Positions 24,201 through 31,755 of a stretch of 64,000 bases of DNA are shown here, piece by piece. The stretch is from the IMG/VR virus record IMGVR_UViG_3300031853_000024; one strand, given 5' to 3'. This stretch comes from an uncultured virus (IMG/VR IMGVR_UViG_3300031853_000024) (taxonomy: Duplodnaviria > Heunggongvirae > Uroviricota > Caudoviricetes > Schitoviridae). The notes beneath the pieces were generated by a model, which worked only from the letters and a program-made list of their open reading frames with translations, made no database searches and was not told the DNA's origin. A program made the translations under genes and the position numbers. Every line of letters begins with the position of its first letter. The stretch's first letter is position 1.

Positions 24201-26899
24201 AATTTATTAAGATTATCTTCATTAATCTTGGTTCTTTCATACTCTGCAGTTTTCTTCTTATTAATACCTTCAGTACCAGCTCTATCAATAATATTCTGTA
24301 AGAAATCATTATCAGCTTTCTTGAGAGCAGCTTTATTTTTTTCTTTAAATTCTTTAGCATATTCACTAATAGCATTTAATTTAATATTTTTCTGTTCTTC
24401 ATTGGTTTCTTTATCCCAATCTGAAACCAAAGATTTAAACTTATCATCTTTATCAAAGTTATGCATTAATGCAATATCTTCGTCAATAGTCTCTGCTAAT
24501 GATGTTACTGCTTTAGTTGTTTCTTCATCACCAAAGTCATGTTTATATTCTTTATTTTCTTTAAGAGCTTCAGCTTGTTCTACTTTAACTTTCTGCACTG
24601 TTTCATTAGAATATAACTCTTCAGCAGTTTTTTTAGTCATATTCTTTTCTGCAATGATTTGAGCTTGAGCTTTTTCTTCTGCAGTTTTAGCATTATTAGT
24701 CATAGTAGCAGTATTGCTATCTCGTAGATTACTTAAATAGTCTAAACGATCTTTTAAAACCTTTTGTATACCTAAAGCTTCTGTTTGTTTATCTCGAAGT
24801 TTAGCATTAGCTTTTTGTTTTGCAGGACTTAAATCTTTTGCTGCAGCACCTTCAAGAGGTTTATTATTATCATTTTCAATAAATGAATTTACTTCATCTA
24901 AAGCTTTCTCTAAATCATCAATACGACTAGATAAATATGTATCTGCCGCTTCAGTACCAATAAAATCTTTATTATTTAAGATTTTATCTTCAATAGCCAT
25001 ATCATTTTTAGATAATTTATATTTATGTAATGGCTTCCATTTGTCATATACCCAATTCTTTAAATTAGAACCGCCTCTACCTACTACATTAGCACCTAAA
25101 CCACCTAAATGACCTGCCATACCAACAGGAATACCTTCTAATGCAGATTGTAAAGCTTTATCAACATCATAGCCTGTTTGATTACCTAACTGTGTAGCAA
25201 ACTCAGCAGTTAAGTTATCAAGAGCCATAGATGCACCACCACCTATACTACCTTGTACTAAACCTGCTACAGTTTTAGATACAGCACTATCTAATGCTTT
25301 ACCTACACCTGAAATCATCTTACCTGCTGCTTTCTTTGGATTAGCTAATGTTTCAGCTACTTTACCTAATTTGGTTTTAGCTTCTTCAGCACCTAATTTA
25401 GTAGCATTAAGAGCTACTTTAGAACCATAAGATTCAAGACCTCTACCTGCTCTAGAAACAATAGATGGTAATGTAAATGTACTAAAATTCTTTAAACCAG
25501 CTTTAACCATACTATTAGCAATAGATGCATCACTAACATTATTTAAAGCTTTCTGAATAATAGCTGATGTTTTGCCAAACTCTTCGTTGATTGCACCTTT
25601 AATAGCATTTACAGTACCAGATGGAATACCTCTAAGAGTTACATGACCACCATACATATTAGCTAAGTAGTTTAATCCACCACCTACAAATGCTTGTAAT
25701 TTATTAAATCCTTCTACAGTTCCATACTTTTGGAAATATGCATCAAGAGCAGTATCAATATTAGCTGTAGCTGATATACCTGTTAGAGCTCCTTGTATAA
25801 CTTTACCCCAAGGACCTGTACCTCCTGTAACAAGAGACAATGCCATCCATGGAGCTAATTCTTCTAAAGTATCAATAAATTTGGCTTTACTACCAAATAC
25901 TTTATTAAATTCATGCCCCATAATATCTTTTATATAATCCATATTCTTAAAATTAGAGGTAACACTATTATTACCATATTTAAGATTCATATATTGATTA
26001 AATTCAGCTTCTTCAATATCATTCTGAACATCTTCAATATAACGAGGATTTACATCTCTTTCCCAATCTTTAATAGAATTATATCTAGCTTCTTCTTGTA
26101 AGTAAGCTTCACCATTTCTTTGATATGCAGCAACTTCAGCATCAGTTAAAGCCAAAGAATTAATCTTAGCTTGTACAGCTTCTAAATCTAATTCAGCTTG
26201 TCTACCTTCTTCTGTAAATGGTGTAACTCTTTTAGCTAATTCATTAGCTTGTCTTTTTAATTCGCCAAGAGTTCTTAACTTACCTACTGCAGTTTGAGTA
26301 TCTTTACCAAATGCAGACAACTTTTCCATAGAATCAACTTTAGCTCTAAGTGCTTTATTAGAATCCATGAAATCAGTATGTAAGAAACTATCAATAGGTT
26401 TAAGAATTTCATTCTTAACAACCTGCATGAATTTACTATCAGGATTTTCTCCCTGATTAGAGTAATCTATTTGTGTTCTTGGGTCTACATCACCAAGTAA
26501 TTCATTGTAGGTAGGTGCTTGACCATTAGATAATTCAAGAGAACGTCTTAATACAGAATCAGCTATAGCATTTTTATAGCCTTCATCTTTTTCATATAAC
26601 CTAGATAATAAAGGATTGCTATCAAGGTACTGTAATACTTGTTCTTTGGTTTGAGGTCTAAAACCAATAATATCTTTTAATAACTGTAATTCAGCCTGCT
26701 TATAATTACCATTAACAGGTAAAGGTAAATCTTCCTGTTCAGAATTTCTTCTAGATAATTCATTAATATAAGCTTTATTAAGATCTTGCTGCTGTTGTCT
26801 TAATGCTTTATCTGATTCTATTAATTGTCTATATGATTCATCTAAAGATAAAGATTGTTCAGGAATTGGTTCAAAAGGATTAACAATATTACCAGCCAT
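12248..26899 (-). CDS. virion-encapsidated RNA polymerase (N4 gp50-like)
   Basis: 4883 aa; T7-family motif A EIDGTTNGP (~19673-19699), motif B RNFMKYPVMYITYS, motif C PIHDA; HEYAH zincin-like motif; acidic/Ala-Gly-rich ejection-type N-terminus. Confidence 0.92.
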   Translation of the reverse strand: MAGNIVNPFEPIPEQSLSLDESYRQLIESDKALRQQQQDLNKAYINELSRRNSEQEDLPLPVNGNYKQAELQLLKDIIGFRPQTKEQVLQYLDSNPLLSRLYEKDEGYKNAIADSVLRRSLELSNGQAPTYNELLGDVDPRTQIDYSNQGENPDSKFMQVVKNEILKPIDSFLHTDFMDSNKALRAKVDSMEKLSAFGKDTQTAVGKLRTLGELKRQANELAKRVTPFTEEGRQAELDLEAVQAKINSLALTDAEVAAYQRNGEAYLQEEARYNSIKDWERDVNPRYIEDVQNDIEEAEFNQYMNLKYGNNSVTSNFKNMDYIKDIMGHEFNKVFGSKAKFIDTLEELAPWMALSLVTGGTGPWGKVIQGALTGISATANIDTALDAYFQKYGTVEGFNKLQAFVGGGLNYLANMYGGHVTLRGIPSGTVNAIKGAINEEFGKTSAIIQKALNNVSDASIANSMVKAGLKNFSTFTLPSIVSRAGRGLESYGSKVALNATKLGAEEAKTKLGKVAETLANPKKAAGKMISGVGKALDSAVSKTVAGLVQGSIGGGASMALDNLTAEFATQLGNQTGYDVDKALQSALEGIPVGMAGHLGGLGANVVGRGGSNLKNWVYDKWKPLHKYKLSKNDMAIEDKILNNKDFIGTEAADTYLSSRIDDLEKALDEVNSFIENDNNKPLEGAAAKDLSPAKQKANAKLRDKQTEALGIQKVLKDRLDYLSNLRDSNTATMTNNAKTAEEKAQAQIIAEKNMTKKTAEELYSNETVQKVKVEQAEALKENKEYKHDFGDEETTKAVTSLAETIDEDIALMHNFDKDDKFKSLVSDWDKETNEEQKNIKLNAISEYAKEFKEKNKAALKKADNDFLQNIIDRAGTEGINKKKTAEYERTKINEDNLNKLDKEKAYSNKLFNDIFNEAYKNKDNNEYASDSAIANAYNKTNKSMSEEEFRKAYEDFAKAKQADINMHNAKAESTNRKLYDTVEDVNKATEGLTEGVDYKLNTVKDKDGKEHYYITEPSRKYSKLESLIHQLAGTPSATTKGVLANDTENTLKGVEQEFAEVAKNINAVDGITLDAYDKLSAKDKRIFLLKLQDAIDKANKKSSGYAKYFKTKKKEENVFIDSTYRQTGYSQVKSTVKFMNRLEKFRNYSKHEQEELTRLHLNGIRLDPYNGSFQKDLNIAFNNLGIFEDISSLDQDGLKAIFNTSPLSKENIEQLEFIQRKLNSYIHSDIYLAPVNGVVPLQPYKLAIDNILSIVKSDTYKTSTTIRTLFGSLVDSASSESARSMHEKSLRYIEQFNNKCEELGITPTATGEDASAIDFSDVIEDMFDLNISSNVISPESRAVLSKYLGSEMTRTEMLMPEIANIIPDEIWNTFLNLTYTTRENTKRKVWQDLADSATDPIVKDFFSDKDNLNERRNWKADFDAYGNQGNKSIQAKIVRHLLTRREVLASLGILEMKGTMSDKDFVNITYPELDKNTIKDNINKFIKKLDQSKHLSNKAKFALQVSLLDSLAKQTSISTASSVALATAKAEYLYDSLLAELKATSIKVGGETYTLDKLLSSKGPLPKAIRDLITTGTLNINSVRGTINSANLPEKVQVFLRKNYGKLILFRELKKLAKKDKIEILQQANKIFDKLYMTIPTYNEHVAIPNPDEVTSEDLDSFRDILSANGISASNVGIYIHNNANLKASAIWDKYQKNLIENNVFIDSSFALNTIESKKDAQILAIAFAHYINANGVKNSISLENQQELNLPKGNSSSVIEQRQFAVGSKYNGIFKDRYKSSLMQDNALERLKQDNADNAAVDELVDMIRDAAMQAQDMFVVDSVKKHTTSQTETVGDMYSEQYVNTIAAVVLRTLPTISTALSEEFKKELHKRYPNAPRIVEYFEKNNCVDLNTLATDMGKVCATALGYDKNKSPTIYEYAVLDTGMHCIALMHKLGYINVGRLNRATGDYIAAEKGNDFSNSINVVTLNKEIDAVRNKIDSIDTFTNKSDTKESVLDNILGFTNRYKDPYDKDAFEAKQKKLSEEYNDNNSIELFKDDSFDDPESGQKIEISIRHDTDNGIIKYTEGSKSYYFNDNILYKKDNTEVTSLRLQQICSNIIRPPLLNVERTKLMMNGLIDDNGKVLIDESTYASAASIRDAIMKNPTLGILIDYKDPDTRAGTFNKDIHTRNKENIKKLIKSLNWLSHNIYEKHKSGLVPVYYDEENTVNNRFFVNNIAMNYREDKILRNLFEMNKDTSSIEYTIGEERTQDGKNWKVKPNDLILPIFAGLNIGWDKMTPDQINSTKQSLANSLAFKTLLKEFDPDRPDTWKEAIDKFNASSKDEALNVTVTSIKPSYGEGNKTNAEPLELKFNHETVYTLMKLREVKVNGKAIKDDVNLINNLIEPAVNDTITNYTLRMEIDGTTNGPAIRAMIGSLYSGGDTLESMLSTGVGITPLFTNFVDILDNGFLDTYLISGAFAQYDVAQKAMNEMLRNGFKTDESTELLTLIYGETLGTNLVDTLRGIMTRNFMKYPVMYITYSAGMESVSLDFFKLINDQLSSVLADPSVDTKALIPIISALVKYNGNNPIAIKFDDTDCYLDAQGKIKGKEVNTDLTNIENRRRVTLKLEDNNIMKTKMRENVLDPIYVATSKAMEDGQKILNMNNLATNQHAFAYNVVLENEINKLFPDPNSEISSLDLAKEIDRISEKLLQIFNPIISITDNVNEKLSGSDLSTFKASITNDVRTRLRSMTLLKGSKLILSNKYKSPYLEGLGAGQSPMTAHSMDSFNMTNFQELLIRKGYGKGLPIHDAMIAELRQFKAIKDLNRIFYKDKAKIAEICVERDKSLQNAMDWVATSDLPDNIKQQLVSQYKRTLNQTKTSTQIDVLYKGLFEAERMLQVYEDPINPVTNPTKDTRLLHINQFSLDEDSAYTPTKEDLKAEIDQYNNLIKTSDNSSYGLQVFIDGLNNTDSEFSLVSLLAGVRDGYKFNLLDKNGKLKTEFIGTDIKSTIDNIVKSMTTNREQALEYRRTLRKAAIAIIRGYREKDVLKDLSIRDAVKAASKDTIDANAVKNALKNSTSNRAAAVTSIFNLVHYFTQKINNVSLHDKDDYVRECVYKAVMANKNVFAQAVITPMDILSIAQDAVGIALNNKVSHEQQLAFNNIISNLGLINVYNVAPQNLDTSKPTYIDYSDNLNLDDTWSYIESKVNKYNASSDEMKEVNASYKDLTTATARWFTDNVTTPLKNRYSNIEAGSQIVFTLRSKTDVLRMHGLQYLISKGEIPQATIVVVPAITDKTDNAPRVDKEVNIYDQLRILLGENLKEVTYNKAPTALSNNSLIEAITDKTISENAIISRIPDNNAKVNIVNFNGESTTIERAKTKADKYVINFTDEIGELKKTSTQDDAVLPEIALSTHGIRNRSLQDIDLSEYVNASEEELNSIVSAGFKPTNVLNLNTYSIKDGDLKSVLAYDRTNDVSNDNRALVINLCADGSPVANNLKLLDLEDVKNSLYQVQSSMRADYAKYMRGDITWKDYIKPRVIKVTDSTGVTRHFVFQVTVDSSVTKSELFDAIQTKQRGNRTYAEEVVIGSSLAQWLNRSAIRDASDTFNFIKRNASDSADTGSKRIPIPRYLLNENILEINNYDTNLNTFNACCMRAIQSELSLDGVDTFTFVHSKPVEGEYILPDTDFNYNTFVLNGLNQHTASELTKDVKEARNGIMHGISSAINAALSTFTRIKHVKNKEYTQSLNTSAVRNMRGYSNANTVNEQAGEMLNGEVAFRGALDICKQSDASRGVDTADNDLGWLDDLMVKSSTPIALYVKENSNTIGDSQVALLRDNTTGIAVREQITLGRANRGESQTESFRHEYAHTVWRHASPRERQELQKVFNTFVDNYQMSDFADGDTIANRQIIDAFTNEKTPDRLEEFGAYMVSNPSLRQAVRNMQQRVGKTKIKENLIERISNIFKDIINKVMSFVSGSYSPKSSAEFKDLVKTVDDIFQSSYKSSAKFWQEAKQGIDVTVPDQFSGTTEGWDINVQRGFEAARQQNQKTRNMLPDRLRYLLNVDSATFASERGEQDLTQTLVDQARLFTDDRDSFFKEFASDILGNIEGASPDLYKYLSIRNKGKMLIDQQRERSAASVNEVVREILKDVPKEVENKLSDYFVKADISCLFNSTKSPEEVSKLLTDKSARDKEIKQLTNTIKGQRFADAYINMAKGLANYLVTGFNPTGLAYRNAYEIVQLSGSSYQQATDANGPIVRAVDQLVTLYAVDMLNQKDPTVYNSLDSKVIDRLSTLHNGIKSAEAEMVYGNSEQRYHIPKGQIHGGKTTGRYDIIPQSELKAYEWNGYEKVEDAKLDPFYSKIAKEKYAIVRAKWKSPTPFTAGVTIMTDIFLGRAKSGLSFNGEGRVDKDIDFKRTNEFKQLKDYVNLRVNALNKSNPQLIKDAPHGNLVLNFNAYGDLTGANYELNPKVTDEMIGRNTKITAVFGDLYGSAVERSASPEYNKKAGEALIEIYESQKNKNPDDFIWISDSSENEDYRNMYDKLPYDTKQVCEEKYGDKGIPVMKKAINTVFGYKQISANDIEATKELNVFKDEISKSFLDYAKWIFHSGISGNMEEFFKWLASTAKDNIVIKGITTSWNNLISNCTTLGVHGLSLKNVAKYQAEAFMAMRAINEWEKQLSALDTKKLLGTYNNNDAIKERTLKTNIEKSPLYPLYKRGIVSNSLAENEVESDKLLKDTIDKVLPKGPWRDFAHEVTLSPKGNLYQALFLFASAGDTVAKYSLYKDLRQRGASEEEACRQALETFIDYSNPLPRSIQYLDSLGIYPFAKYALGSKSSIINSLAKHSDRALGFIAANSLLLGLPNVYEGLFGTTTLLNKFNLPGELFVDSLNGLTSVRITNTLMDSL
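17520..17532 (+). promoter_or_regulatory. TAC-loop hairpin element inside vRNAP gene
   Basis: ATGCC-TAC-GGCAT. Confidence 0.55.
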
Positions 26900-26934
26900 A
26901 AAAAATACACCTATTCAAAGTTAAAGTTTGAACA

Positions 26935-26964
26935 AGTGTATTTATGCTTTTTTAAAAATGTCAA
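26935..26964 (-). promoter_or_regulatory. sigma70-like promoter upstream of vRNAP
   Basis: TTGACA-N18-TACACT on the minus strand. Confidence 0.55.
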
Positions 26965-26968
26965 TATT

Positions 26969-28684
26969 CTAATTGCCGCTAAATCTTATATTTGATTGCT
27001 CTAATGTTTTTATAGTAGGAAATATTTTACTTAATGCCATCAATTTCTTTTTAATTTCAAGCTTTGCATAATTTAATTTGGCGTCACCCCTATCAGAAAC
27101 TCCATTTTTATTTGCTTCATATAAAGGATACATAATATCAAAGAGATAATTAGTAAAAGAAGAATTTTCATTGTCTCTCATATATTGATATATATCACTA
27201 AAATCTGAAAAATCTGTATTAGTATTTAACATACGCATTATTCCAGTTTTAACTTCGTCAGAATCAAGCTTTTTATTACCAGCAATTTTAGATGTATATG
27301 TACCTTTAATTACTGCATTAAATTTAGAATCATCAGGCAAATGTGCATTAGCCCACTCTAGAGCTTTATTTCTAGCTGTATTTCTATCCATTTCAGCTTG
27401 AGCTTTCGCAGTCTCATTAGAAGTTTTAAGCATAGAATCTATATTAGATTCATATTTTTTACGTAAAACTTTTCTCATATGTAATGGGAAATTTTCAAAT
27501 AATTTATCTCCATATGCTTTAAGTTTATCTGCTGCAGAAGCTCTTGATATAGCAGTTAATTTAGGGTTATTTATATCTTTTAATTCTTGTCCCATTTGAG
27601 GGTATCTTTTAGTTTTACCATCTTTATCAAGACTGCTAGCTTGATCATAAATTAAATCATTAATAAAATTACTATTATCTAAAACATAATTTAACTTATC
27701 AGCTTTTTGCTGTTCTGTTAAATGATTACCTTGATAATCAACAGCATTATCAATAATAGAATATACTTCAAATAATGATTTACCACTCTCAGTAGCATCA
27801 GCTAATTGAGATGTTAAGCGATCATCATCTATTCTACTTAATTCAGCTTTCTTATTAGGGTCATTATAAGTAGCACCTAAATCAGACATCAATTTAGTAA
27901 AGGTTTCACCATTACGGAATTTAATACCTGCTTGTTCTAATCTAGCCTTAAATTCAGAAGGATTATTTATTAATCTAGCTCTATCCAATGGATTAGGTAT
28001 AGAATTAAGTAATTGTGTAGCTAAACCATAATTCTTAGAGTCTAAATCAACTCTATATTTACTTTGTAATGCTCTAAATGATTCAGCATCTTGAGCACTA
28101 GGAGAACCTAATTCAGGGGCAAAGTTAATATTACCTATAGATGCAGCATCAGCAATTTCTTCAGGAGATAATTCATTAAGAGCCTGAGTTCTAAGTGTTT
28201 GCTGAGCATTACCTTTAGCAGCAGTCAACCAAGCTTGTTGTTGTTCAGTTAGTTTATCTGTATATTGAAATTTATCAAATAAATTACCACTATCAATAAT
28301 CTGCTGTGGGGTTAATTGCTGTAATTCATTAAATACAACATTATTCTTAGCTGTCTTATAATCATTATCTCTTTGGTTTACCATATTCAAAAGATTAGGG
28401 TCAGTTTCATTATACATAAAACCTGTACCATCTTTTTCATTAAGAATATCCAAAGCTGTTTTACCATTATTGTAATAATTTTCTAATTCACCAAGAGACA
28501 TATTAGCTATATCTCTAGTTAATTTTTGAGTATTAAGATTTCTAGCTCCTGTATCAAATTTATTCATTTCACCAAGAGCTGAATTAAATATATTGTTAGC
28601 CAAACCAGATTGATTTAATTGAGCTAACATTAGATTTCTAACATCGGTCTGAGGACCAGGTGTATGAAAGTTATTTAAAGCCAT
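26969..28684 (-). CDS. putative ejection/internal virion protein (gp51 position)
   Basis: 571 aa, helical, N/Q/A-rich, no Cys seen, directly upstream of vRNAP. Confidence 0.6.
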   Translation of the reverse strand: MALNNFHTPGPQTDVRNLMLAQLNQSGLANNIFNSALGEMNKFDTGARNLNTQKLTRDIANMSLGELENYYNNGKTALDILNEKDGTGFMYNETDPNLLNMVNQRDNDYKTAKNNVVFNELQQLTPQQIIDSGNLFDKFQYTDKLTEQQQAWLTAAKGNAQQTLRTQALNELSPEEIADAASIGNINFAPELGSPSAQDAESFRALQSKYRVDLDSKNYGLATQLLNSIPNPLDRARLINNPSEFKARLEQAGIKFRNGETFTKLMSDLGATYNDPNKKAELSRIDDDRLTSQLADATESGKSLFEVYSIIDNAVDYQGNHLTEQQKADKLNYVLDNSNFINDLIYDQASSLDKDGKTKRYPQMGQELKDINNPKLTAISRASAADKLKAYGDKLFENFPLHMRKVLRKKYESNIDSMLKTSNETAKAQAEMDRNTARNKALEWANAHLPDDSKFNAVIKGTYTSKIAGNKKLDSDEVKTGIMRMLNTNTDFSDFSDIYQYMRDNENSSFTNYLFDIMYPLYEANKNGVSDRGDAKLNYAKLEIKKKLMALSKIFPTIKTLEQSNIRFSGN

Positions 28685-28687
28685 TTA

Positions 28688-29506
28688 TTATCTCCAGTTA
28701 TCTCGTAATAACTTACTAAATTTATTCATATACCCTTTAACTGTTGTTGCACCATTTAATCTCATAGCTTCTCTAGTTTTATCACTTACGTTATCATCAC
28801 CTCTTTGAAATGCTCTGTATACTTCAGCAAATCTAGGACCTAAATTTTGATAACCCCAAAGTGTAACAGGATCAACAGGTAAACCAGCATTTTTTATTAA
28901 TTTAGCATTATCAACTGTTAATCGTTTATGTGCTTCAAAATTTTTATAAGGGTCAAAGAAATCTTCATCTGTTACTAAACCATAAGAGTTACCTGTTTTC
29001 TTAATAAATTGATACAAGCCTTTAGCACCCGTATTAGAAATACGATTAGGAATACCTTGTGATTCAATCATAAGTATTGATTGAGCTAAAGGGTCATCTG
29101 CTGAATAAATACCTGTTTTAGGATCTATTCTTAATTTAGATTGTAAATAAGCATCGGGATTAAATTGATAATCATTATAAGCTACGCCTGAGTTCATATA
29201 GTTATTTATTGCCTCCACTTGTAAAGGTCTACCATTTTTCATTGTTGTATTTGGTGTTGAAGATAAGGGTTCAATAGCTGCACTAGCACCATCAATATAA
29301 GGCTGTGCTATCTGTCTTATAACAGGTGCTGCAGCACTTGCAAGAGTTAAACCTGCACTATTAACAGGTAATCTCCAATTAACCATTTTGTCATATGCAT
29401 TCCTATCTTGATACTCTTGAGTACCATCTACTTGATTCCGCCTAAAAGCATTAATAAGTCTATTAAGCTGAAAGTTATCATTATCTGGGTCTGTAGTATA
29501 TGTCAT
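28688..29506 (-). CDS. virion-associated lytic transglycosylase (SLT-like)
   Basis: catalytic ILMIES, SNTGAKGLYQF, YGL..FDPYKN motifs of the SLT fold. Confidence 0.85.
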   Translation of the reverse strand: MTYTTDPDNDNFQLNRLINAFRRNQVDGTQEYQDRNAYDKMVNWRLPVNSAGLTLASAAAPVIRQIAQPYIDGASAAIEPLSSTPNTTMKNGRPLQVEAINNYMNSGVAYNDYQFNPDAYLQSKLRIDPKTGIYSADDPLAQSILMIESQGIPNRISNTGAKGLYQFIKKTGNSYGLVTDEDFFDPYKNFEAHKRLTVDNAKLIKNAGLPVDPVTLWGYQNLGPRFAEVYRAFQRGDDNVSDKTREAMRLNGATTVKGYMNKFSKLLRDNWR

Positions 29507-29518
29507 TAAATCACCTCA

Positions 29519-30307
29519 TTAAAGCCATTCTTCAGGTATAGTAGATTTATAATTAGGATTATCTATTCTATAACCAAATCCTGCTCTTCTTAAATTTTCT
29601 AAATCTTCTGCTTCTTGCAATTCTTTAGCTTCAGCTTCAGCTAATGCACTTTTTCCCTTTTCTGCAGCTATTTTCATTTTTTTGGCAATAGCACTCATAC
29701 CATAATCAGAATCTGCTATAGCTGTATTTAATTCTTCCTCTAATTTGCGTGAACCTGTTCTTACACCTTTATTAAATTCACGCCCATCAATATTACGCCA
29801 AAAATTATTATTTTTTGTATTTTTATCCATGTATTGACCAGCCCAATCAAAATAATTCTGAATAGCAGAATCACTATTATATCCTTTATCCATAGCTTTA
29901 AATATATTATTAGCTTTAACAGGATCTTTTTTAATTAGATTTAATAATCCTGTAACATGAGGATCTTCATATACTCTATCAGTAAGCCAACCTCCTGAAA
30001 CATTCATACTATCTGCTATACCTGCTAAATTACGTAATCTACTAATTACTTCGGGTGTAATTTCAGCATTAGGATTATCTTTAGCCCATGCATATAATAA
30101 TGCATTTAATCTTGCATCACCATCTTTAAATCCCCAATTTGCTGCATCATCATCTATATCTTTTTCTATTTCAAAATCATGACCTGTTTTACCTAAATAA
30201 CCATTAGTTTCATTACCAGTCCACTTATCAGCAGCTTTTGCATATAAATCACCTTCAGGTGCAAAACCTGCCATTTGTAATAAAGCATCATCTAAATGTC
30301 CTGCCAT
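29519..30307 (-). CDS. putative internal virion/ejection protein
   Basis: 262 aa in the ejection cluster; A/D-rich, no Cys seen. Confidence 0.5.
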   Translation of the reverse strand: MAGHLDDALLQMAGFAPEGDLYAKAADKWTGNETNGYLGKTGHDFEIEKDIDDDAANWGFKDGDARLNALLYAWAKDNPNAEITPEVISRLRNLAGIADSMNVSGGWLTDRVYEDPHVTGLLNLIKKDPVKANNIFKAMDKGYNSDSAIQNYFDWAGQYMDKNTKNNNFWRNIDGREFNKGVRTGSRKLEEELNTAIADSDYGMSAIAKKMKIAAEKGKSALAEAEAKELQEAEDLENLRRAGFGYRIDNPNYKSTIPEEWL

Positions 30308-30322
30308 ATTTTATACCCTCAA

Positions 30323-31177
30323 TTAATGTAATAATTCCCAAGCTTTATTAGCCCAATAACTTGATGCACCTGTCATTTTATCTAATGCAGTACCAAGACC
30401 ATATCCTGCTAATCCTGCACCTGTAACAGCTCCACCAATACCTGCACCAACACCTAATCCTGCTAATGCACCTGAACCTGATAAAGCACCCATAGCAGAG
30501 CCTACGGCTCCTGCTGTACCTGCACTAGTTGCTATATCACTAGCTACATTTGATAAGTTGTAAGGTTTGTCACCATTACCATATTGAGCTAAATTAGCAG
30601 CTTCACCTACTAAACCTAAACCACCTAAAGCTTTACGTAAATAAGGATTATTAAATGCATTAATAGCCTTATTTCTAATGCTGTTTTCTTCAGCTAATCT
30701 ATTTGCTTTAGCTTGGTTTAATGCCGATTGAGATTGCTTAACATTCTCATCATTAGCTGCTCTCATAGCTTCTAATGCAGATGCTCTAGCTAATCTTGAT
30801 TTCTCATTATTATTTAGACTGTTAAAATCTATACCTTCAGCTAATGTATATCCAGGTGATACTAAACCAAAAGAATTAACATATGGTTTAACTGTAGCTG
30901 CACTAGTTACAATAGGGTATCTAACTCTAGTAGGAGTAAATAAACCTTCACTATAAGTTACAGGTATTTTAGATTGTAAATAGCCTCTATCTACAAGAGG
31001 TTTTAAATTCTTGTTATATTCGAGGTCTACTTTACCTGCTTGTCTTTGAGCTTTTAAGTTATTTAATCTAGCTTGGTTTTCAGCATTAATATAGTTAGCT
31101 AAATATCTATTTGTAACATTTCTATCTAATGCTAAATCACCAAGGTCACTAATAGAATAATTATTATTATCTGCCAT
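30323..31177 (-). CDS. putative ejection protein with Gly/Ala-rich membrane-inserting C-terminus
   Basis: GAVGSAMGALSGSGALAGLGVGAGIGGAVTGAGLAGYGLG glycine-zipper. Confidence 0.6.
   Translation of the reverse strand: MADNNNYSISDLGDLALDRNVTNRYLANYINAENQARLNNLKAQRQAGKVDLEYNKNLKPLVDRGYLQSKIPVTYSEGLFTPTRVRYPIVTSAATVKPYVNSFGLVSPGYTLAEGIDFNSLNNNEKSRLARASALEAMRAANDENVKQSQSALNQAKANRLAEENSIRNKAINAFNNPYLRKALGGLGLVGEAANLAQYGNGDKPYNLSNVASDIATSAGTAGAVGSAMGALSGSGALAGLGVGAGIGGAVTGAGLAGYGLGTALDKMTGASSYWANKAWELLH
30498..30510 (+). promoter_or_regulatory. TAC-loop hairpin element inside a late gene
   Basis: GAGCC-TAC-GGCTC. Confidence 0.55.
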
Positions 31178-31755
31178 TATAATTGATGTCCTTGCCAGTT
31201 ACGTTTCTGCATAGCAAATGCCTCTTTATTACGAGCTTCTTGATCATAGTAAGCTTGTTTCTTTAAATCATAATCTCTTTGAGCCATCTTTAATGCCTCA
31301 CGATTATTCTTATAGGATTGCCAACCATTCCATATAGAACCAATAGCATTAATAGGAGCTAAAGGATTTTGTTTAATGTAATTTCCAATACCTTCTAGAT
31401 ATTCGTCCCAGAATCCTTTTTCTTCATAATTTTTATTTCCTAATCCCATAGGAATACCATTATTAGCATAATAGTCTCTAACTGAAATAGGTATACCATC
31501 TCTCATAAAAGGGGTATTAGGATTATAATCATCATTAATCTGGGTATTAGGTGTTTGTACATTTGTTGTTACAGGATTACTCATTTGATCTTCTTTATCC
31601 CAAAAAGAAGTATCTACGGGTGTATATCCTCTAGTTCCTATAGGACTAATATAATTATTAGCCTTATAAGGTGCTGTAATAAAAGAAGGTCTACCATCTC
31701 TTATAAATGGGGTATTTGAATTTTCATATAGATTAGAGTCCCATACATTAGCCAT
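31177..31755 (-). CDS. putative ejection protein (N4 gp52-like position)
   Basis: start MANVWD after GGAG; AIGSIWNGWQSYK followed by coiled coil; internal repeat NTPFI/MRDG.P. Confidence 0.6.
   Translation of the reverse strand: MANVWDSNLYENSNTPFIRDGRPSFITAPYKANNYISPIGTRGYTPVDTSFWDKEDQMSNPVTTNVQTPNTQINDDYNPNTPFMRDGIPISVRDYYANNGIPMGLGNKNYEEKGFWDEYLEGIGNYIKQNPLAPINAIGSIWNGWQSYKNNREALKMAQRDYDLKKQAYYDQEARNKEAFAMQKRNWQGHQL

Noticed and set aside
1268..26101. Many plus-strand ORFs opposite the late genes (e.g. 4406..4756, 18666..18935, 24135..24662)
   Set aside because: They are antisense shadows of long, well-supported genes, S/L/F-rich and without SD sites
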